Shown in pieces: positions 57,971 to 64,000 of a stretch of DNA of 64,000 nucleotides (position 1 is the stretch's first letter; every line of letters starts with the position of its first letter). Under the pieces are notes generated by a model that made no database searches, was not told the DNA's origin, and saw nothing but the letters and a program-made list of their open reading frames with translations. The stretch covers positions 2,597,338 through 2,661,337 of the forward strand of contig OY282457.1 in NCBI GenBank assembly GCA_958296235.1. Direction: 5' to 3'. Origin of the DNA: an uncultured Candidatus Binatia bacterium (GTDB lineage: Bacteria; Desulfobacterota; Binatia; Bin18). The position numbers were made by a program, and so were the translations under genes.

Positions 57971-58054
57971 GGCGAGAAGATGGGCGCGATTCTGATGGAA
58001 CTGTTCTTGTCTACGGACACAGTGAAGGGTTTGCCTGAAGTTAGAAATATTGCC
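57971..58054 (+). other. Degenerate copy 3 of the CoA-transferase 3' end
   Basis: GEKMGAILMELFLSTDTVKGLPEVRNIA. 64 of 84 nt are identical to copy 2 by hand alignment. The homologous stop codon is lost. Confidence 0.75.
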
Positions 58055-58118
58055 CGCTTCCCTGTGGACGAGAATGTCTTTGATTTACTGAATTAGTGGT
58101 TAGGGGGTTGGGTCGCTG

Positions 58119-58411
58119 TCAAGCGGAGTTTTGTTTTTCTTTTTCGTATTGCTCCCATCCGAAACTGGTCAAGTCAACCACGAAAAACTTGGAACTTCCA
58201 CAGGTTTTGACAGGATGCAACATGGTAATGACTCTCTCATCAGACAGCTCTTCCATAAGTTGACAAACAACTTGGTTGTCCCGTGCGCCTATTTCTTCCT
58301 GGATGTCTTTCCACCAAAGTTCCAGAATCGGTCCCTGTAATTGCGATATTTTGTCTCCAATATAAAGACTAAGCTCTCGTTTTGTTGTGTAGGACTAATG
58401 AATTCACTCAT
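58119..58411 (-). pseudogene. Small gene downstream of the 738-aa gene, apparently frameshifted
   Basis: ATG at 58411 with GAGGAGGA upstream gives MSEFISPTQQNESLV..., which stops after 38 codons. A second frame continues SLYIGDKISQLQGPILELWWKDIQEEIGARDNQVVCQLMEELSDERVITMLHPVKTCGSSKFFVVDLTSFGWEQYEKEKQNSA-stop at 58119. The span is 293 nt, not a multiple of 3. Confidence 0.35.
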
Positions 58412-58444
58412 AATCTAGTCTCCTCCTCAAACTCGGGAATGCCG

Positions 58445-60661
58445 TTATGTTTTCGACCGCCAGGGAATAGCGGCGAAAAAACTTTTCAACTCCTCGCAAC
58501 GTTGCAGCCTGAGTTCGAGAATCCGAAGGTTCTCTTGCGAGCCTCCAAAGGCAGTTCGCAACTCCTCCACATACTTCTTGTGAGCCTCGTCAAGGCTATC
58601 TGCTCCCTCTTGAAAGGCGGCCAAAGTTTCGTCCCAAAACTTCTTGACTGTCCCTTCAAGAGTCGACAAAACTCGTTCTTCAACAAACAATTCTCTAATT
58701 TTTTTGGCTAAACGATACCGCCAATTGCCTGCGAAAATCCGCCATACCAGTGCTCCGACGCCAACAGCTATTGCTAACCCCAAAGTAACCGGCCCCCCCA
58801 AAGTGGCGACAATTGAGGTCACGCCAGCCGCTCCAGCCGCCGACGCGGAAGAGATGCCCAATGCAGCGGCCGCCTTGGCAACTATGATATACCCGCCAAG
58901 ATTTCCTAACGTGGCCGCCCAGGCTCCAAGCGCCCCAAGCGTTCCGAGCCCGGCTAATCCGCCCAGAAATGCTGCCTTTGCGTCAAATGAAAATCCAGAA
59001 TCTCCCGGTGCCGCATCGCTAAACTCTCCCATTTTCTCATCATAGTCTTGCACGAATTTTTCAATGAGGTCCCGAGTATCGTCAATTAGCCCTGATCGAA
59101 AACGCGCTGTCTTGGATTGAATCTCTTCCAGGACGTATCCAGCGGCAAGCTTTTGCGCGTCTTTTTTATTTGCGTAGCGCCGTTCGATCATCGCTTCCAG
59201 GTTTTCAATCCACGTTTCGTTCTGGAAGACCGTTCGTACATTTTCCAGGTCTCGGTCCTTGAAAGAGGTTATTTTGTGTTTGACGCGCTCAACTAGCGTG
59301 CCATGTTCCTTTCTTCTTGCGGGTTCCGCCTCTTCCAGCTTCTCAAGGAGGCTCTTTGCCTCATTTTTCTTTCTCAGAAGTTTTTCATACTTGCCAATTC
59401 GCTTCGCATAGAAGGCTGGTCCTTCCTCCTTGAAGCGGCGAATTTCACGTCCCGCGTCTCTCGTCTGAATAGTTGGCATACGTGCCTCCAGGAGAAGCTT
59501 CAGCGCGTATTCCAGCTTTTGCCGTCGTGCGGGAGTTTCCTGGTAAAAGCTGAAAAAGCGGGCTTGAACGTCCTCGAACGCGATGGGCCGTCCAATCTGA
59601 CGCTTCAAGTCCTCAAAGAGATTCCCTTCAAAATGCCGGTAAAAATCCTGCGCTCCCTTCTCCAAAATTTCACCGGTGATCTGGTCGATTGTGATACCCG
59701 GATGAGCGTGTGAGGCAACGATGAAAAAGTTGCCGAGAACCGGGAAATGCTCGTCGCTCGCTTCATAGTGAGGAATCTTGCGCAACAAATGACCGATACG
59801 CATGAAGTCTCCGCTATCCAGGAATCCTTGAGCGCGGCAGATGTAGATCAAGGCAGAAGCTTGACTCCCAGCTTGGTCAATGAGCGTGGCTTTGGTCTGC
59901 GTGTCATCGTAGCCGGGCAAATCTACGAGGACGCATGAGTGGAGCAGCGGAGCGTTGACGAAAGCCAAGACGGCCCCTTCCTTATCGCTATCGTCCGCAC
60001 TGTGGAGCGTTGCGTGTTCTTTGAGCGTATCCCAACTCCCGGCCAGTCTCCGGTTTTCTGTACAGTGCTGTTTGTCATGCCACTTCTCAGGCTCGAACTC
60101 CGGCCCCATGAGCCATAGGTCTTCCTTGAGCCAGTCGGGACGGTCGGACGTATGGTGAACAAAGGTCGGATATTTTGTCGTCGGACGGTAGGCGGTCGGC
60201 AGATATGGGCCACCGAGATAAAAATTACAAAGATGGGATTTGCCCGCGTCGAAGTGTCCGGTGACCACGATCCACGGTTTTTCTGTGAGGGCAGTCACGC
60301 GGTTACGGAATTGCGCGACAGTAAAAGGGCCGTCTTCTCCCTCACTTGTCTCCTCCAGATTGGGAAAGCGGTCGATGTATTGCTGGAGCAGGTGCAAATT
60401 TTCGGTCAAGTCGGCGTAAGGGCTGTCATCAAAACCAAAAATAGGCGTCATATCGACTGACTCATTATCGCCGGGTAAGATGTCGTCCGCCGTTACGCCG
60501 AGGAGCCGTGCCCACAGTTTTATCAGGCGAGGAGGAATTTCTTCGCTTTCCTCATATTTAGAGATTTGACCCTGCGTAATCCCGAGCTGTTGAGCGAGAT
60601 CAGCTTGGGTCAATCCTGCCTGTTGCCGGAGTTCCGCCAACCTGGACCTATTTGAAACCAT
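58445..60661 (-). CDS. XRE-type HTH / dynamin-like P-loop NTPase / coiled coil / Gly-Ala-rich membrane hairpin fusion protein
   Basis: 738 aa. N-terminal LRQQAGLTQADLAQQLGITQGQISKYE (Cro/C1 HTH). GHFDAGKS (G1) and VLVDLPGYDD (G3-like DxPG). Long charged helical region. FLGGLAGLGTLGALGAWAATLGNLGGYIIV...LGLAIAVGVGALVWRIF hydrophobic hairpin. GAGGAGGA RBS. Confidence 0.85.
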   Translation of the reverse strand: MVSNRSRLAELRQQAGLTQADLAQQLGITQGQISKYEESEEIPPRLIKLWARLLGVTADDILPGDNESVDMTPIFGFDDSPYADLTENLHLLQQYIDRFPNLEETSEGEDGPFTVAQFRNRVTALTEKPWIVVTGHFDAGKSHLCNFYLGGPYLPTAYRPTTKYPTFVHHTSDRPDWLKEDLWLMGPEFEPEKWHDKQHCTENRRLAGSWDTLKEHATLHSADDSDKEGAVLAFVNAPLLHSCVLVDLPGYDDTQTKATLIDQAGSQASALIYICRAQGFLDSGDFMRIGHLLRKIPHYEASDEHFPVLGNFFIVASHAHPGITIDQITGEILEKGAQDFYRHFEGNLFEDLKRQIGRPIAFEDVQARFFSFYQETPARRQKLEYALKLLLEARMPTIQTRDAGREIRRFKEEGPAFYAKRIGKYEKLLRKKNEAKSLLEKLEEAEPARRKEHGTLVERVKHKITSFKDRDLENVRTVFQNETWIENLEAMIERRYANKKDAQKLAAGYVLEEIQSKTARFRSGLIDDTRDLIEKFVQDYDEKMGEFSDAAPGDSGFSFDAKAAFLGGLAGLGTLGALGAWAATLGNLGGYIIVAKAAAALGISSASAAGAAGVTSIVATLGGPVTLGLAIAVGVGALVWRIFAGNWRYRLAKKIRELFVEERVLSTLEGTVKKFWDETLAAFQEGADSLDEAHKKYVEELRTAFGGSQENLRILELRLQRCEELKSFFAAIPWRSKT

Positions 60662-60825
60662 GACCTATCCTCCTCTGTACCGTATATGCTGAGACAGATA
60701 TAAATATAAAAAATATAATTGTCAAGGATTTTATTAGTGAAAATAATCTATATTTGTATATATTTACGTTAATAATTCCATAATTATCTGTTGATGTTGA
60801 TAATTAATACACATAAAATATCCAC
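60662..60825. promoter_or_regulatory. Extremely AT-rich divergent promoter region between the HTH-NTPase gene and the RHH-MazF operon
   Basis: A 164-bp spacer consisting almost entirely of A/T runs (atataaatataaaaaatataattg..., ttgtatatatttacgttaataatt...) in an otherwise GC-rich window. Confidence 0.45.
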
Positions 60826-61056
60826 ATGAAAGCAATACAAATTACCTTTGACGAAGGGCTCTTGGAAACGCTCGATCAGGACGAAGAGGTCCAACAGAAA
60901 GGCCGCTCGGCGGTCATCCGTCGAGCGGTGACTGACTATTTGCGCAAGAAACACCGGGAGGCGATTGCAGCGGCCTACCAACGCGGCTATGGCAAACACC
61001 CGACAGACTCAGACCTCAATGGCTGGGCGGATCAAGGAATATGGCCAGACGAGTAG
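60826..61056 (+). CDS. Ribbon-helix-helix (CopG/MazE-like) antitoxin
   Basis: 76 aa; MKAIQITFDEGLLETLD...RSAVIRRAVTDYL RHH pattern; 16-nt overlap with the mazF-like gene. Confidence 0.8.
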   Translation: MKAIQITFDEGLLETLDQDEEVQQKGRSAVIRRAVTDYLRKKHREAIAAAYQRGYGKHPTDSDLNGWADQGIWPDE

Positions 61057-61373
61057 AAATCGCCAGGGGAGAAGTCTGGACGTACGAGTTTCGGCGACCG
61101 GATAAACGCCGCCCTGTCTTAGTCCTCAGCCGGTCAGAGGCTATCAATATACTTCATACGGTACTCGTCGCCCCGCTCACGTCAACGATTCGTGGCCTTC
61201 CTAGCGAAGTCGTAGTCGGAACGACAGAAGGCCTTAAGCGTGAGTCGGCGATCAATCTCGATCATATTCAGACTGTCGAACGCACTCATTTATCTCACTA
61301 TATTGGTCGCCTGAAGCCGGATCAGATGCAAGCAGTATGTCGGGCAATAGCTGTTGCAACCGGATGTGACTGA
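61041..61373 (+). CDS. mazF: MazF/PemK family endoribonuclease toxin
   Basis: 110 aa; RGEVWTYEF...KRRPVLVLS...VLVAPLTST...INLDHIQTV pattern. Confidence 0.9.
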   Translation: MARRVEIARGEVWTYEFRRPDKRRPVLVLSRSEAINILHTVLVAPLTSTIRGLPSEVVVGTTEGLKRESAINLDHIQTVERTHLSHYIGRLKPDQMQAVCRAIAVATGCD

Positions 61374-61393
61374 ACATCTGGCAGAGTTCTTTC

Positions 61394-62587
61394 TTACCGC
61401 CACAAGCGGCCGGCCTTCCAGAGCAGGCTCAGCAGCACGACCCAGAACACCTGGGCGCCAAGCGCCGCCGCCCACAGGAACCAAGCCAGTTTATCGGCAA
61501 GGGCGCACAGCAGCACGAGCAGAGAATAATCGCGGCTGGTCAGCCCGGCGACCATCTTGTCAATCCAGACATCTTCCCAGCCACCGCGCGCCCGGCCGGC
61601 GTCTTCGGTTTTCTCAGCCCGTGTCACCAATGGGAAGGAAATGAACGCGGCCGCGGCCAGCAGACCGCCGAGCAGCGGAGCGGCAGCCAGTCCATCCTGT
61701 TTCCACACCGCCACCCCAACCCCGAGAAAAATGGCAATATGGACCACCGTATCCAGCGTGATGTCGAGCCACTCTCCCAGCGGCGATTCCAGCATTTTGA
61801 CCCGCGCCACCTCCCCGTCCACGCAGTCAAGAACGGTTGAGAACTGAAGCAACAACGCCCCAAGCACCGACCCGCCATAACTGCCAAACAGGAAGCAACT
61901 CGCGCCCAGCAGTCCGGTCAGAAACGACAGGACGGTAATCTGATTGGGCGTCAGCGGGGTGCGGAGAAAAAGGCGGGTGAGCAGCCGGGAGCAACTGCGA
62001 TTGAGGTAAGCATCAACCAGACCGTCACGCGGGTTTTCCAGGGTGAGGAGAAAGGTGTGTTCGACCGCGCCCCAGTCGTCCTGTTGGGTCAAACGACGCA
62101 AGAAGTGCTGACCGGGGGGCCGCGCCGGAAGCGGTTCTGTCTGCTCTGCCGGCAGGCGGCCCTCCCTCGTCCAGGCCGTCAGCAGCAAAGAGAGTTGCGC
62201 CAGCGGGGCAACTGCCAGGCTGGCATGATTGGGTCCGCCACGCACCCGCCAGCCGTCCTCGTGTTCTCGTCCCACGTCCTGAATCAAGGCTGGGCGGAAA
62301 AGCGTATCGCACGAAAAAACCAGACAGGGCCGGCTGTCGGAAGGGAGATGCGCCGGCAGCGGACCGTGCGGCGTGACCCATACTATGTCTGCGGTGAGGC
62401 GCGGGTCATTCGCCAAAGAATCTTGCAGGGTTGCTGCCTCTTCATTATGAGCCAATACGTAGCAGACCTGTGCGCCCGCTCGCTGGGCGGTCAGCAGCGC
62501 TCGCTTCAGCAGCGAGAGTCCGCCAAATTGCGTCAGTGGAGACGGGACGTCCACTCCTCCGGTTGAGATCACAGCAGCATGAACCAT
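61394..62587 (-). CDS. Fusion of a nucleotidyltransferase-like N-domain with a CDP-alcohol phosphatidyltransferase membrane domain
   Basis: 397 aa; DCVDGEVAR...D (D-x2-DG-x2-AR) motif within multi-TM helices; soluble ~170-aa N-terminal domain with FGGLSLLKRAL. Confidence 0.8.
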   Translation of the reverse strand: MVHAAVISTGGVDVPSPLTQFGGLSLLKRALLTAQRAGAQVCYVLAHNEEAATLQDSLANDPRLTADIVWVTPHGPLPAHLPSDSRPCLVFSCDTLFRPALIQDVGREHEDGWRVRGGPNHASLAVAPLAQLSLLLTAWTREGRLPAEQTEPLPARPPGQHFLRRLTQQDDWGAVEHTFLLTLENPRDGLVDAYLNRSCSRLLTRLFLRTPLTPNQITVLSFLTGLLGASCFLFGSYGGSVLGALLLQFSTVLDCVDGEVARVKMLESPLGEWLDITLDTVVHIAIFLGVGVAVWKQDGLAAAPLLGGLLAAAAFISFPLVTRAEKTEDAGRARGGWEDVWIDKMVAGLTSRDYSLLVLLCALADKLAWFLWAAALGAQVFWVVLLSLLWKAGRLWR

Positions 62588-62712
62588 ATGTGACCCAAAC
62601 CGATATAGACGGATGCGGCTGACAGCAAGTCCTGTCCTGAGCTCTGTCGAAGGAAGGGCTGAGAGTGTCCTTGATTGCCTCCGTATGCTTGAACGCTTAG
62701 GATGCTTTCAGC

Positions 62713-63513
62713 ATGAGTATGGAACGGTCTGATATGAAGCCTGGGTATGGGGTGTCCCGCCTGGTCGCGTGCGGGCTGAGTGGCCTGCTTCTGGTCGCCT
62801 GCGCCACGGAGAAAAAAAATTTCATGACCTCGGCGAGAGAGCTTGAAAGCCGGACATTATTTGCCCCGGCGATGAAGCAGTACGAAGAGGCCATCGAAGA
62901 GAACCCCAATAATGCCGAAGCCTACTATCGTATTGGGGCGTTGGCCAACGAGATTGGCAACACGGAGTTTGCGGCCCAAAAGTTTCGCCAGGCCCTGCAT
63001 ATCGACGCCAATCATCCGGGGGCGAAACGGGCGCTGTCAACCTACCATATCAATCGTGGGACGATTGCTCGGCAACAGGGCAGGCTGAGCGAGGCCCGGA
63101 GCGAGTTGCAAGCCGCGGCGCGGGTTGATCCAGGCTCAAGCGTAGCCCAGCTTGAACTCGGACGGGTCCACGAAGCCGAGGGCCACCTTGACGACGCCCT
63201 GCAAGCCTACAGCGCCGCGGCTGCGGCCGACCCGCAAAACATTGACACCCAACTGGCGCTCGGACAGGGCTATCTCGTCCAAAAGCAGTACGCTAAGGCG
63301 GTGACAGCGCTGAAGGTGGTGCTGGACACCAACCCGGACAGGGCGGAAGCCTATGCTGGTCTGGGGGAAGCCTATTTTCACCAGGGCAAGAAGCAGGTGG
63401 CCCGGCAATCCTTTGAGCAGGCTATTCGGCACTACCTGCTCACCGGGCGGCGCGACTTGGCCAGGCAGGTTCAGGAGAGGATGGACGCCTTGAGAGTGAT
63501 AAGTGGAGAGTGA
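62713..63513 (+). CDS. TPR-repeat lipoprotein
   Basis: 266 aa; lipobox-like LLLVAC; multiple TPRs (AEAYYRIG, AEAYAGLGEAY). Confidence 0.8.
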   Translation: MSMERSDMKPGYGVSRLVACGLSGLLLVACATEKKNFMTSARELESRTLFAPAMKQYEEAIEENPNNAEAYYRIGALANEIGNTEFAAQKFRQALHIDANHPGAKRALSTYHINRGTIARQQGRLSEARSELQAAARVDPGSSVAQLELGRVHEAEGHLDDALQAYSAAAAADPQNIDTQLALGQGYLVQKQYAKAVTALKVVLDTNPDRAEAYAGLGEAYFHQGKKQVARQSFEQAIRHYLLTGRRDLARQVQERMDALRVISGE

Positions 63514-63540
63514 TAAGTGGAGAGTGATAAGTGGAGAGTC
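63492..63540 (+). repeat. 14-bp tandem repeat gagagtgataagtg x3.5
   Basis: Read directly. It overlaps the last codons and the stop of the TPR lipoprotein gene. Each unit contains tgataa. Confidence 0.9.
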
Positions 63541-63580
63541 TTTCCTCCACTCATACCGGAAAGCAAAGGAGGGAACCCGC

Positions 63581-64000
63581 ATGGCAACTGCTGCACTCGA
63601 CGCGCCGCTGACAAACGGAGCGGATCTGACCTGGCACGAGAAGTATAACTTTGACACCGCCCCCATTCCGATTGAGCCGTATATCTCCGAGGACTATTTC
63701 AAGCTCGAACAGGAGCGCGTCTTTCGGAAAGTCTGGCTGAATGTCGGTCGGATTGAGCAGATTCCGAATCCCGGTGATTATTTTGTCAAAGATCTGCCCA
63801 TGTGTCGCACCTCCCTGATTGTGACCCGTGACAAACAGGGCCAGATTCATGCCTTTCACAATATGTGCGCCCACCGCGGCAACAAGGTGGTGTGGAACAG
63901 CGGCGGTTCCTGCCAGAACTTCACCTGCAAGTTCCACGGCTGGAGTTATGGACTCGACGGAACTCTGAAATTCGTGCCGGACGAGGAGAGCTTTTTTGAT
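63581..64000 (+). CDS. Rieske (2Fe-2S) aromatic ring-hydroxylating oxygenase alpha subunit (5' partial, runs off the window)
   Basis: ATG 63581 with AAGGAGGG upstream. CAHRG...CKFHGW Rieske motif. Open to the window end. Confidence 0.85.
   Translation, partial: MATAALDAPLTNGADLTWHEKYNFDTAPIPIEPYISEDYFKLEQERVFRKVWLNVGRIEQIPNPGDYFVKDLPMCRTSLIVTRDKQGQIHAFHNMCAHRGNKVVWNSGGSCQNFTCKFHGWSYGLDGTLKFVPDEESFFD

Noticed and set aside
61379-61388. Possible fourth vestige of the CoA-transferase 3' end at the distal border of the island (tggcagagtt matches copy 1)
   Set aside because: The match is only 10 nt and similarity does not extend on either side. A match of this length can occur by chance in 64 kb on two strands.
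63492-63540. Possible CRISPR array (also considered for 46332-46380 and 10779-10869)
   Set aside because: The units are 14-29 bp and head to tail, or have a single 32-bp spacer, with at most 2-3.5 copies. There are no cas genes anywhere in the window. They are simple tandem or direct repeats.

Overview
This is a high-GC bacterial chromosomal window. I cannot assign a taxon from the sequence alone, and I saw no rRNA, tRNA or CRISPR array by eye.

**Backbone (housekeeping and metabolic operons):**
- ISC Fe-S assembly on the minus strand: iscS-iscU-iscA-hscB-hscA-iscX.
- A short UvrA-family ATPase.
- A folD-gcvT-gcvH-gcvPA-gcvPB one-carbon/glycine-cleavage cluster, then alanine dehydrogenase.
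- MFS and EamA transporters, and LLM-type oxidoreductases.
- Tryptophan 2,3-dioxygenase plus kynureninase.
- A DUF35/thiolase-like pair, and CobW-NIPSNAP-carboxyltransferase.
- Rhodanese plus an anti-sigma kinase.
- An amnC-amnB-amnA-like 2-aminophenol meta-cleavage set.
- S9 peptidase, serine hydrolase and a kinase-like phosphotransferase.
- A family III CoA-transferase, a CDP-alcohol phosphatidyltransferase fusion, a TPR lipoprotein, and a Rieske oxygenase truncated by the window edge.

**Accessory patches (visibly AT-richer):**
1. 0-4.8 kb: a DEDDh exonuclease/J-domain fusion, a 21-residue LRR protein, and an overlapping FRG-TPR gene pair.
2. 20.7-25.0 kb: a stand-alone SIR2-like protein behind an MmeI-like type IIL restriction-modification enzyme.
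3. 35.9-37.0 kb: an orphan gene.
4. 40.5-42.2 kb: an AAA-ATPase/RloB (AbiL-like) pair.
5. 56.5-61.4 kb: an island lodged at the 3' end of the CoA-transferase gene. That 3' end is present three times. The island carries a BrnT-like toxin with an unusual HEPN-motif partner, a small membrane protein, a 738-aa HTH/dynamin-like P-loop/membrane-hairpin protein, and a MazEF-type module.

**Other notable points:**
- A probable UGA-selenocysteine (CxxU) AhpD/CMD-family gene.
- An in-frame TAG at a conserved Gln position of a DUF35 gene.
- A 54-nt hairpin repeat inserted in frame inside gcvT, with sister copies elsewhere.
- Several intergenic repeat families.

Long ORFs antisense to real genes are abundant, as expected at this GC content, and I ignored them.
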